In this document: positions 23,315 through 35,800 of the stretch, piece by piece
Layout: the number at the start of each line of letters is the position of its first letter
Numbering within the stretch: position 1 is the first letter of the stretch
Assembly: GCF_964213995.1 (NCBI RefSeq)
Contig: NC_135808.1
Location: 21,762,001-21,826,000, forward strand
Length of the DNA: 64,000 nucleotides
Direction of reading: 5' to 3'
From: Mustelus asterias
Taxonomy: Eukaryota
Program-made: the position numbers and the translations under genes
Notes under the pieces: model-generated
What the model saw: the letters and a program-made list of their open reading frames with translations, nothing else
What the model was told of the DNA's origin: nothing
Databases searched by the model: none

Positions 23315-24799
23315 TAACTGATGTTAAATCCTGTGGGAGTGACACAGCTCAGTGACCAACTTCAGGGAAAACACTTGGGAATTCCGACTTCCTTAAGGAA
23401 ATTGAGCAGCTTAGCGGAGGCTGTCCAGGGTGAGATGTTTCCAGATGTCTCGACACCTCAACACCCACAATGTCTCCACCCTCAGACTGTACAGGAGCAG
23501 CCGTCTCCAGAAGGCCAGTCTCAAAGCTCAGTGTTGGATTGGATGAGCTGCTCTTTAGTGACGATACAGCGAGAGACAGACACTGAGCTCACATCCCACC
23601 CACCAGATTGTACAGCTAAATCCAGCAGGAATATCCCAGTTAGAAGGATCAACTCTGCATATTCTGAGCTCCTGCAACAGAATGCTGAACTCTTCACTCC
23701 CTCCACAATCTAAACCCCTCAACTCCAGCCCTGACCATAGACCTTCATTCCAGCCCTGACCACAGACTCTCACTCCAGCGCTGATCTGAGACCCTCACTC
23801 CCACCCTGACTCGAGACCCTCATTCATGCTCTGACTTGAGACCCTCACTCCCGCCCTGAACCGAAACCCTCATTCCCACACTGGGGTGAGACCCTCAGGT
23901 TGGAATTGTCCCGTCCCGCCTGCCATGGGAATTGTAGCGGGCAGGGGAGGACAATGCAAAGGTCTGTTGATCTTGGGTGGGATTTTACGGTCCTGGGGTG
24001 AGCCCGGCCAGAAACTCCCACGCTCAATCTCACTCCGAGGCGAGAGCCTCACTCTCACTCTGACGCAAGGCGCTCACACTGGCCCGAGACCCTCACTCCC
24101 ACTGGCCCGAGACCCTCACTCCCACTGGCCTGAGACCCTCACTCCTACTGGCCTGAGACCCTCACTCCCACTGGCCTGAGACCCTCACTCCCACTGGCCT
24201 GAGACCCTTACTCCCACTGGCCCGAGACCCTCACTCCCACTGGCCTGATACCCTCACTCCCACTGGCCTGAGACCCTCACTCCCACTGGCCTGATACCCT
24301 CACTCCCACTGGCCTGATACCCTCACTCCCACTGGCCTGAGACCCTCACTCCCACTGGCCTGAGACCCTCACTCCCACTGGCCTGGGACTCTCACTCCCA
24401 CTGGCCTGGGACCCTCACTCCCACTGGCCTGGGACCCTCACTCCCACATTGACCCAAAACCCTTACAGATATCCTGAACTCCTCATTCAATCTGAGACCC
24501 TTCCCACAATTCTGTGACACTCTCCCTTTATCATGAGCCCCTCACCCTCCCTATCCCAACCCTGCGACTCTCCCACCCACTCTGTGACCCCCACACCAAC
24601 CTGAGACCCACAGCCTGAGCCACCCCCACCCTGGAATACTCTCCCACAATCCCTCCCCCCAGTGAGGAGCTGCTCTTTTCCCTCCAATTCCTACCTTTCT
24701 TGTTGTCGATGACGACAGCCACAATGATGAGAGCGATGAGCACGAGGACCCCGACCACAATCCCGACAGTAACAGCAACCTGGGAGCGAGACTTTGGTT
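23315..24799 (-). pseudogene. MHC class I fragment, copy D: TM exon (24695-24799) plus post-stop region, lacking exons 1-4 and 6-7
   Basis: The TM exon matches copy A except Y->D (VIDNKK). 23315-23651 matches 5670-5990. Intron-4 homology extends to ~26630. Confidence 0.88.
24060..24450. repeat. 23-bp minisatellite in intron 5 (cccactggcctgagaccctcact)
   Basis: Tandem units. Related tracts at ~6410-6520 and ~59720-60160. Confidence 0.9.
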
Positions 24800-26631
24800 C
24801 TGTTAGAGAGAGAATCAGAGAGACTGAGTGAATCAGGGAGAGGGAGAGAATGTGAGAGGAAGAGAGAGAGAGAGAGAGAGAATGAGGGAGAGAGATGAGA
24901 GAGGGAGAGAACTTGAGAGAGGAGAGAATGTGAGAGACTGAGTGAATCAGAGAGAGGGATAAGTGTACATCAGAGGGAGACAGAGTGGGAGAGAATGGGA
25001 GACAGTGGGAGACAAAGGAAGAGAAGAGTGGAAGAGAATACGAGAGTGATGGAGAGAGAATGAATCAGAGAGAAAGAAAGAGAAAGAGTGAGAGAGCGAA
25101 TTAGAAAACACAGGATATACGACACAGAAAACAACCTTTCGGCCCATCCAGCTGATGCTGGTGTTAAAGTTCCACCTGAAGCTCTTCCCATCTTTCCACA
25201 TCTAATTCCACCATCTTAACTACCTATTCCCTTCTCCCTCATTTGCTTGTCTATCTTCCCCTTGAACTATACTGTTCAGTTCAGCCATTCCCTGTGGCAG
25301 CGAGCTCCACATTCTCATCACTCTTTGGGTGAAGAGGTTTCATGAATTCCCCATTGAGTTTCTTGATGAGTATCTTGTATTGATGACGTCTAGTTACGAT
25401 CTTCCCACCAGAGGAGACATTATCTCTGTATCCTGTCTATGAAAACCTTTCATAATTTTAAAGTCCTCGGTTAGATCAACCCTCAGCCTTCGGTTTTCCC
25501 GAAAGCAGCGACCCAGCCAGTCAATCTTTTCCTGAGATGTCCATCACTCATTTCTGGAATCATCTCTGTAAATCTTCTCGACACTCTCTCCCCTGACTCT
25601 ATATCCTTTGTATGAAATGGTGACTGGAACTGCACACAATCTCTAAATGTGGTCTAACCAATTTTGATAAAGGTTTAGCAATAACTTACAATTGTACAAA
25701 TTGTAATTACGAATGTACAATTCTATCGCTCGAGAAATGAAACCTGGTTTTCTGTTTGTTTTGTTTATAGCCTTGTCTAACCTGTTACTGATTGGTGTAT
25801 TTGTACACCCAGATCCCTTTGTTCCTCAATCCCATCCAGACTGACACCTTCCTCGTAATAAGTGACCTCCTTATCCATCCTTAACAGAAAACTACCTCAC
25901 GTTTATCTGTGCTGAACTCCAGACACCAATTATTTGCCCATTCTACAAGTTTATTAATGTCCTACTAATTACCTGCAGTTCTCCTCAATATCAAATAATT
26001 CCCCCAATTTGGTGCCATCTGCAAATTGAGAAATTGTGTTTTTGATTCCAATATCCAAATCATTGAGTGTAAGTTGTGAACAGCGATGATCCCAGCACTG
26101 ATCCTTGTGGGACACCATTTCCCACCTTCCGTCACTCTGAATAACTCCCTTTACTCACACTCTCTGCTTTCTGTCTCAAAGTCAGTGAGTGATCCATTCT
26201 GTCACTTATCCCTAACTCCACATTCTCTGACCTTATCCATTTGTCTATCACCAGTCACCTTATCGATTTCATTTGAAAAATCATATTAAATTACATCCGT
26301 TACACCACCATTGACTCCTCCCTCTGTTACGTGCTCAAAAAATTCACAAAGTGGAGTAAAATAAGATTTTCCATTTCAAAATCCATGCTGATGATTCATT
26401 GTTATATTATTTGATTTCCAGATTTTCATGAATTCTCTCCAATGGAAGGAGTTCCATTATTTTTCTGAAACTCTGATTTAATCTGACTGAACTAAACTTC
26501 CAGGATGCACTGGGCTTTGTTGTACTGTAATATCCCAGAATGCACTAGGCCCTGCTGTACTGTAATAGCCCAAGATACACTGGGCTTTATTGTACTCCAG
26601 GATGCACTGGGCCCCATTGTACTGTTATAAT

Positions 26632-28600
26632 GGTGTGGAGATGCCGGCGTTGGACTGGGGTAAGCACATTAAGAAGTCTCACAACACCAGGTTAAAGTCC
26701 AACAGGTTTATTTGGTAGCACAAGCCACTAGCTTTCGGAGCATTGCCCCTTCATCAGGTGAGTGGGAGTTCTGTTCACAAACAGGTCGTGGAGATGCCGG
26801 CGTTGGACTGGGGTAAACACAGTAAGAAGTTTAACAACACCAGGTTAAAGTCCAACAGGTTTATTTGGTAGCACAAGCCACTAGCTTTCGGAGCATTGCC
26901 CCTTCATCAGGTGAGTGGGAGTTCTGTTCACAAACAGGTCGTGGAGATGCCGGCGTTGGACTGGGGTAAACACAGTAAGAAGTTTAACAACACCAGGTTA
27001 AAGTCCAACAGGTGTATTTCGTAGCAAAAACCCTTTTGCTACCAAATAAACTGTTGGACTTTAACCTGGTGTTGTGAAACTTCTTACAAACAGGACATAC
27101 ATAGATACAAACTCAATTTACAAAATAATGGTTGGAATGCGAGTCTTTACAGGTAATCAAGTCTTAAAGGTACAGACAATGTGAGTGGAGAGAAGGTTAA
27201 GCACAGGTTAAAGAGATGTGTATTGTCTCCAGCCAGGACAGTTAGTGAGATTTTGCAAGTCCAGGCAAGTCATGGGGGTTACAGATAGTGTGACATGAAC
27301 CCAAGATCCTGGTTGAGGCCGTCCTCATATGTGCGGAACTTGGCTATCAGTTTTGCTCAGCGATTCTGCGTTGTCGTGTGTTGTGGAGGCCGCCTTGGAG
27401 AATGCTTATCCGAATATCAGAGGCTGAATGTCTGTGATTGCTGAAGTGTTCCCCAACAGGAAGAGAACAGCCTTGCCTGGTGATTGTCGAGCGGTGTTCA
27501 TTCATCCGTTGCCGTTGCATCTGCATGGTCTCCCTAGTGTACCATGCCTCGGGATATCCTTTCCTGCAACGTATCAGGGAGACAACGTTGGCCGAGTTGC
27601 AAGAGTATGTACCATGTACCTGGTGGATGGTGTTCTCACGTGAGATTATGGCATCCATGTCGATGATCCAGCACATCTTGCAGAGGTTGCTGTGGCAGGG
27701 TTGTGCGGTGTCGTGGTCACTGTTCTCGTGAAGGCTGGGCAGTTTGCTGCGGACAATGGTCTGAGGTTGTGCGGTTGTTTGAAGGCAAGAAGTGGGGGTT
27801 TGGGGATGGTCTTGGTGAGATGTTTGTCTTCATCGATGACATGTTGAGGCTCCGGAGAAGTTGTCATAGTTTCTTTGCTCCAGGGAAGTACTGGACGACG
27901 AAGGGTACTCTGTCCATTGTGTCCCGTGTTTGTCTTCTGAGGAAGTCGTTGCGGTTTTTCGCGGTGGCACGCCGGAACTGTCGATCGATGAGTCGAGCGC
28001 CATATCCTGTTCTTATGAGGGCATCTTTCAGCGCCTGTAGGTGTCTGTTACGATCCTCCTCATCTGAGCAGACCCTGTGTATATGGAGGGCTGGTCTGTA
28101 GGGGATGACTTCTTTAACGTGTTTCGGGTGGAAGCTAGAGAAGTGGAGCGTCGTGAGGTTACCAGTGGGCTTGTGGTCGAGTGAAGTGCAGAGGTCACCG
28201 GCCTTGATGGAGATGCGTGTCCAAGAATGCAACCAATTCCGGAGAGTAGTCCATGGTGAGTCTGATGGTGGGATGGAACTTGTTGATGTCATCATATGGT
28301 TGTTTCAGTGATTGTTCGCCATGAGTCCAAAGGAAGAAAATGTCATCGATGTATTTAGTGTATAGCGTTGGTTGAAGGTCCTGAGCATCCCACGATGCTC
28401 CACTTCTCCAGCTTCCACTCTAAACATGTTAAAGAACCCATCCCCTACGGACAAGCCCTCCGTATTCACAGGATCTGCTCAGATGAGGAGGATCGCAACA
28501 GACACCTCCAGACACTGAAAGATGCCCTCATAAGAACAGGATATGGCGCTCGACTCATTGATCGACAGTTCCGGCGTGCCTCAGAAGACAAACACGGGAC
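26632..28600 (-). mobile_element. Composite Penelope element: tandem 153-bp pLTRs, 3'UTR, decayed GIY-YIG and RT C-terminus, inverted 5' segment
   Basis: pLTR repeats at 26632-27030 with hammerheads at 26726-26760 and 26879-26913. ORF remnants at 27347-28295. 28387-28600 is an inverted copy. Confidence 0.9.
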
Positions 28601-29506
28601 ATGATGGACCCAACACCGATCCCTGAGGCACACCACTGGTCACAGGCCTCCAGTTTGAAAAACAACCCTCTACAACTACCCTCTGTCTTCTGTCATCAAG
28701 CCAATTTTGTATCCATTTGGCTCCCTCACCCTGGATGCCGTGAGATTTAACCTTATGCAATAATCTACTGTGTGGTACCTTGTCAATGGCCTGAATGATG
28801 GACATGTATCAATTTAAAGGCCTTCTGGCAGGCTGGGTTCAGCAGAGTGATGTCTGTATGGGCCAGTATGAATGCGCAGAAGGCCATATTGTGCTGGCAG
28901 GAGACAAAGTGTAACCCCACACTGACCCCCGTTACACCCCATCTGCCACCTTGCAGCCCATTCGCTTAACTTGTCCTAATCTCTTTGCAGCTGTCTATGT
29001 TCTCCATACAGTTTGCATTATTCCTCATATGTAAATCCCTCATACCCGGGATCAACCGAGTGAACATGTTCTGGACTGCCTTCAACACCAGTACATCTTT
29101 CCTTATATAAGGGGACCAAAAATATTCACAGTATTCCAGAAGTGGTGTAACTAGTCTTCACCAAGACTTCCCTATTTTATATTCCATTCCCTTTGAAATA
29201 AAGGCCAACATTCCATTTATCTTCCCTAATATCTGCTGAATTGGCGTGCTGGCTTTCTGTGATTTATGTATGAAGGCTCCTACATTCTTCTGTGCTGCTC
29301 CTTTCTCCCTTCAAATTAAATTCAGCTCCTTTATTCTTCGTACCAAATGAATAACTTCACATTTTCTGACTCTATATTTCATCCGCCAAATGTTTGCCCA
29401 CTCACTTAACCTGATCCAGACTCGAAACGTTGGCTCACACTGAAGCAGGATTAGGAGAATTCATCAAGATCCCTATTAGTCATCACCCGGATATAATCAG
29501 CAGCAT

Positions 29507-30592
29507 GGGTGGGATTCTCCAAAAAAAATTCTAAGTGTCGAATTCACAATTCTTTCAGTGGGATTTTGGAAATGAATCTCCCACACTCTGCATCACGGAG
29601 GACACGAGTGCGAATCTCGCTAAAAATCAGTGGGCAGGGACTATTCTCGCTGGAGAGGCCGGCAGCAGAGTGTTGAACAGGCCATTGCGCATGCACGATC
29701 TCTCAGTGCCGAGATTGGCGCATGCGCAGTAGCCCCGCACTGTGAACCTCTCGATCGCTGGACAACTCATTCGCTGGCCAGCCCCACAACCCCTACATCG
29801 CTGCCCCTCCAACTCCCCCATGGACCGATCACTGGCACCCCGGATGTGTCTGGGCCAACATTGCCCATCCTCCCCACCCCTCCAGTCCACCTCAATCTCC
29901 CGCCAGCAGTCCCAATCTCCCCCACAGCCCTGAACCCCCACCCCACAGCCCCGACCTTTCCCACACCCTACCCCCTGACAGACGGACCCTCCCCCTCTTG
30001 TGGCCAGCCCCGATCGCTGTCCTCCCTCCCTCTGTCACTCAGCCCAAGTGCAGAGTGGCAGCGGGACCCCCCCCCCCTCGCACTCCATCAATCAACATCC
30101 CCCCATCCCCCCCCCCAGACACCCTGCCCCCATCAGGCCATGCCACATTAGGCACCACCCCTTGACGTTGCCCAATGCCCCCCCCCCGCGTTGGGCAGTG
30201 CCAAGTTTCCTCCACTGGGCATTGGCACCTTGCCCCTTGGGCAGTGCTGGGGGGCCAGGCTGGCACTGACAAGCTGGCAATGCCCAGGAGGGGGAACCCT
30301 TTCTACCCCCGCCCCCCTTCACTCCACTGGGGTCAGGCCGCCAGCAAGTGGGGATCTGTTGTGAACCCGACTGGGGTGAAACACTCCTGGCGGGACGCGG
30401 GGTGGAGACGCTGGCGGGCCCGGAGAATTCCGTCCCAGGCCCACTAATGAGATTGAAATCATGATTTAAATAAATGATACAGCTCCGCGCCGGAAATCCG
30501 GCGTGCAGCGGGAAGCTCGCCGCACGGCCCCCGCTATAGTCTCCCTGCACCCTGCGCTGCTAAAGTAGCACAATGCGCTGGGAGAATCGCAA
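29507..30592. mobile_element. GC-rich non-autonomous element with short terminal inverted repeats (gattctcc...ggagaatc)
   Basis: Terminal IRs. Related copies at ~41817-42675 and ~44665-45232, the latter in opposite orientation. No transposase ORF. Confidence 0.6.
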
Positions 30593-30619
30593 CACATTTC
30601 TTTACCACAATTAAACACA

Positions 30620-30722
30620 AAGTTTGTTTCCCAATCAGCTTTGTGTCTATTCTGCCGGAGACTAATGACTCACACAATGTTTTTAGTCTGATTGGTGCAA
30701 TTGTATTTTAAGTCCAATCAGT
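30620..30722 (+). promoter_or_regulatory. Uninterrupted S-X-Y module and CCAAT box of copy B
   Basis: ctgccggagac (X1-like), TGACTCA at 30666-30672, CTGATTGG at 30688-30695 and CCAAT at 30714-30718, about 90-160 bp upstream of the ATG. Confidence 0.75.
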
Positions 30723-30873
30723 TTGCAGTAAGTTACCGGAACAGGAACACCTTTTCCTGTAAATACAGGACACAGCTAACGGGCTGAGAACTCCAAATGT
30801 TTCCCCAACATGAGGGAAGCAGCAATGATTGGACTGATAGAGCTGGTCCTTCTGTGTGGAGAGGTGTCTGCAG

Positions 30874-31458
30874 GTGAGTGATGGGGTGTGAGAGGGGCAA
30901 TGCCAGGCTGGGTACTGGGGCATTAACCCTGGTTAAGAAGTCTCAGAAGACCAGGTTAAAGTCCAACAGGTTTTGTTTGGTGGCACAAGCCACTAGCTTT
31001 CGGAGTGCTGCCCCTTCATCAGGTGAGTCTGGGTCAGAGTGATGGGGTGTGAGAGGGGCAATGCCAGACTGGGTACTGGAGCATTAACGCTGGGTCAGTG
31101 AGTGATGGGGTGTGAGAGGGGCAATGTCAGGCTGGGTACTGGAGCATTAACCGTGGGTCAGTGAGTGATGGGGTGTGAGAGGGGCAATGCCAGACTGGGT
31201 ACTGGAGCATTAACCCTGGGTCAGTGAGTGATGGGGTGTGAGAGGGGCAATGTCAGGCTGGGTACTGGAGCATTAACCGTGGGTCAGTGAGTGATGGGGT
31301 GTGAGAGGGGCAATGCCAGACTGGGTACTGGAGCATTAACCCTGGGTCAGTGAGTGATGGGGTGTGAGAGGGGCAATGCCAGGCTGGGTACTGGGGCATT
31401 AACCCTGGGTCAGTGAGTGATGGGGTGTGAGAGGGGCAATGTCAGGCTGGGTACTGGG
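30874..31458 (+). repeat. 63-bp intron 1 minisatellite of copy B, interrupted by a ~95-bp Penelope pLTR fragment (~30933-31028)
   Basis: Same unit as 10605-11399. The insert carries a minus-strand hammerhead at 30991-31025. Confidence 0.9.
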
Positions 31459-31837
31459 TTTCTTAAAGGAGGGAAACTGGGATGTGAGGGAACTGAGAGC
31501 AGGGATGTGGGATTGGAGATCGAGGAGAGAGACAGAGAGAGGGAGAGGTTGTAGGATTACAGGAACAGGAGGGGAATAATCTAAACTCCATTTTCTGCAT
31601 CCCCACAAAAATCCATCTCAATTTTGAAAGCTGCAATTGATCCACAACAGCTGCAGCTTCTTGCGGGAAAGAGGATTTCAGATTTCCACAACCATTTTGG
31701 TGAGGAGGTTCCTGGCTAAAGACAGCAGGCAGCAACCAGGAAAGAGAGAGTGAGTGTAGATGAATAGCAGAGACTGGTTAAAGGCTTCAGCAACAGTGCA
31801 CGATTAGAGAGAGAGAGAGAGCAGCAGAAGTATAGTG

Positions 31838-32160
31838 TCATAGAATCCCTGCAGTGCAAAAGAAGGCTATTTAGCCCATCGAATCTGCACTGAGAACAAT
31901 CCCACCTGGGCCCTATTCCCGTAACCCCATGTATTCATCCTACTAATCATCTTGACACTAAGGGGCAATTTAGCATGGCCCATCAACCGAACCCGCACAT
32001 CTTTTGAATGTGGGAAGAAACCGGAGAACCTGGAGGAAACCCACGCGGACACGGGGAGAACGTACAAACTCCACGCAGGCAGTCACCCGAGGCCGGAATT
32101 GAACCCGGGTCCCTGGTGCTATGAGGCAACAGTGCTAAACACTCTGCCACCGTGCTACCC
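31838..32160 (-). mobile_element. tRNA-derived SINE
   Basis: Same family as 7431-7774. Confidence 0.85.
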
Positions 32161-32289
32161 ATATAATCAGACCCAGTAAAAGACTCCCAGCAGCAATGCA
32201 TGAATAGCGAGAGAGTGTGTGTAAAGGAATAGCACAGACCGAGTTAGGGACTCCAGCAGCAATGCACAATTGGAGAGTGATGGGGAGGG

Positions 32290-32880
32290 AGGAGAAATCA
32301 GACCTGGCTGGAGACTCCAGCATTTCTACAATTCCTTAGCTGATGTCCTGAGGAAGATTCTGGATCACTGGAGCCTTTTCAGCCTAAGTGACTTCAACAA
32401 TGTGTTGGGACAGGCAGTAATCATGGCCATTGTGCCTCGGTCATCACGGTGTGGGCAAGATCATCGATAATTATATTTGACCGAATGCATGGGACTTCTA
32501 TGCTGAGGACTCTCAGGGGAACTGTATTGTGGAAGCACATCACTGCACCAATACCTCTGGTGGGCCTGTTGTGCGAGTCAGACAGTTATATCCAGCTTCT
32601 AAGCACCTTCTGGAGCTTTGCCATCTGAATGAACTCTCCATCACCAACACTTACCCCCAGGGCAAACATTGCCTCAAAGTATCGTGGCATCGCTCAAGGT
32701 GTAACCCTGGCACCAACTAGACCTGCGTAATCAAGAGGAGACACAATCTGCCCAGCTTTCTCCACACCCACACCAAGCACAGAGCAGATTGTGATAGTGC
32801 CCACTGTCCTGTCCGTCGCAGTGTGAAACTGCATCCCTGAATAATTCACAGTCCCAAACACCATGGCCTGTCGTGTGTTA
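32290..32880 (+). mobile_element. Decayed LINE apurinic-endonuclease fragment (RTE-like)
   Basis: FYNSL...DFN..., LELCHLNELSITNT and KVSW..WHQLD-like motifs across frames. Confidence 0.65.
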
Positions 32881-35800
32881 ATGGGTTCGTACCCTGATGT
32901 ATCTCTCTGTGTGGGTGTTGATGGTTAGGGGTTCAAACCCTGATATCTGTGTGTCAGCGTTTTTAGGGTGCATATCCTGAATTTCTCTCCCTCTCTGTTT
33001 TTCAGGCTCTCACTCTCTGCGGTATTTCCTCTCGGGAATGACCCTGGTCCCCGGTTTCCCAGAGTTTATAGCTGTCGGTTATGTGGACGATGTCCAGTTT
33101 GTTGTGTACGACAGTGATCGGAGGAACTAATCCCCCGGGAGCAGTGGATGGTGGAGAGCGAGGGGCTTGAGTCCTGGGAGCGGAAGAAGATGCTTGTACA
33201 GGAGCAGGAACGGTATTCCAAAGCCGATATTCCGCTCTTCATGTCTCGGGCCAACCAGTCAGGAGGTGAGTGCTCACTCTCCCACAACTCTGGGATCAAG
33301 TTGGTCAATGTGGCTCCTCCCAGTGTAGTTGGCATTGATTGGCTGTGTGTGTGGTGCTCCCAAGTGACACTGTCTCTGATTGGTTGTTTGTGTTTCTGAT
33401 CCACAGGGATCCATGTCTACCAGACGATGACTGGCTGTGACCTGAGGGATGATGGGACCACGAGTGGATTCAACCAGTTTGGGTGGGACGGACAAGATTT
33501 TATCAGCTTTGACAAGGATCACATGGTGTGGGTGACCCCGATCACATGGGGAGAGATCATCAAAAACAATTTGGACAGGGACATAGCCAACAGCAAGGGA
33601 TGGAAAAGTTACCTAGAGGGAGAGTGTATCAAGTGGCTGAAGAAATATCTGGAGTATGGACAGAGAGAACTGAGAGTTGGTAAGTGAGAGGTGAGATGCC
33701 CGGGACTCTCTATCTCAAGGTTCCTGTACTGACTCCTCTTTCTTTCTCTCTCAGTTGCCCCCGTCGTGTCCTTTACCCGCCTGGGTGATTCTAACCAGCT
33801 GTCCTGTGCCGTCACCGGGTTTTACCCTCAAGCCATCGAGGTGAATCTGTGGAGAGACGGAGTGGTGATTGATGAGACTCTGTCCAGTGGGATCTTACCC
33901 AATCACGACAGCACCTACCAGATCCGGAAATGGGTAGAGTTTGATCCAGAGGACCAGGCCGAGTATTCCTGTCGGGTGGAACACAGCGGGATGAAGGAGA
34001 CACTGGTGGTGATTTACGGTAAGACTGTTTCTCACTGCTAGAGAGGACACAGCCTCAGGCCAGGATCACAAGAGGGAGGGTCAGTGCTGAGCCTGAGACC
34101 CAGGATACAGAGAATGGGAAATAAATATTAATCTTCAATACTTTATTTATCATGGGGCTACCTTTAGAGGACAGTAATTGTGTGTCCAGGGATTTAATGT
34201 GAAATGTGCCCCTATTATTTGGCTACTAATTCAAACTCTTTGCAAACATTTCAGTTTAGTCGGACAAAGGACAGAAGCCGAGTCTATTCCTCTTAATAAT
34301 CTATTTAACACTTTAAGTACCAAACTCAAACTTACAACAGTTGCAACATTTTAACTCTTTTTGTGGACATTAATTCTTTAACTGAACATTAATTCTAATT
34401 CCTTAACTGCAAACAGATATTCTAATCCTTTAACTGGAAATAGATATGACCTGGTTTAGAGCAAAATGTCTGTTCCCGATGTAGAACTGTCCTCAGCGTC
34501 TTTCTCTGAAGATGTTCTGCAGGGTACACTTCTTGCGATGGTTGATCTCTGGAGTTATTGCTGGAAACAAAGGGCTGACGTGTGCCTTTACCCCCAAAAC
34601 TGTTCTCACTTTCCAGAAAATTCTGTAACACCCAGCCAATGGTGTAACCGGGAACTGATCATGTTGCTCGACCAAGCCAATGAATTACTTGTAACCGATT
34701 CCACAATGCTCACTCAAGCCTGCATGCAGGACACATAGCTTATCCTCTGTCGGTGCCATCAGGTCTAACTCAAAGTAAACAACTTCCCATATTTGGTCAA
34801 CACAGGAAGCGGAACAAAGAAACCTACAGCACAGGAACAGGCCCTTCAACCCTCCAAGCCTGCACTGACCATGCTGCCCAACTTAACTAAAACCCCCTAC
34901 CCTTCTGGGGACCATATCCCTGTATTCACAAAGAACAGTGTCAGGTCACAGTTCACCGGGCAGACCACGTCAAGAACAGCTTTACGACCTGCATCTGTTT
35001 TTAAATATAAGTTGACCAAAAATCTCAGCATGCTTAACCCTCAGCCAGAATCCCACTTATCGCCATTATACTTGTTAAAATCATTATTGCAGTCATTCTT
35101 TATCTGTCTGCACCCCATTGTATCCTGGGATATTACAGGTGAAAGGGCACAGAGTATCCTGGGATATTACGGTGCAACAGATTCCAGTGTATCCCGGGAA
35201 ATTATAGTACGTCAGACTGCAGTGTATCCTGGGAAATTACATGAGGGGGTAGGGCCCAGATTATCCTGGGACATTACAGTGCAACAAAATCCAGTCGATC
35301 CTGGTGTATTACAGTGCGCCAGGATCCAGTGACTCGTGAGATATTTCAGGAGGGATGGGGCTTGGTGTATCCTGGAATATCACAGCATGACGGGGCCCAG
35401 TGCATCCTGGGAAATAACAGGAAGCACAGGAACCATTGTATCGATGGATATTACAGTAAGACAGGGCTGTGTATCATGAGCTATTATAGTTGGTCAGGGT
35501 GCAGTATATCTGGGATATTACAGCCTGACAGGACATGGAGTATCCTGGGATGTTACAGTATGACAGGATGCAGTGTATCCTGGGATATTACTGGATGACG
35601 GGACTCAATGTCTGTTGGAATTTTAGAGAAGGGACAGGGCCTGGTGTGCTTGGGATTTCAGAGGAGGGATAGGACCTGGTGTATTGGGATATTGCAGGAT
35701 GGCAGGGCCCAGTGTCTGCTGTGATATTACAACCTGAGAGGACCCAGTGTGCCCTGGGATGTTATATTAGGACAAGGCCCAGTGTATCCTGGGATATTAC

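Noticed and set aside
22575-24450. CRISPR-like arrays
   Set aside because: Head-to-tail repeats without unique spacers, in a vertebrate context with no cas genes.
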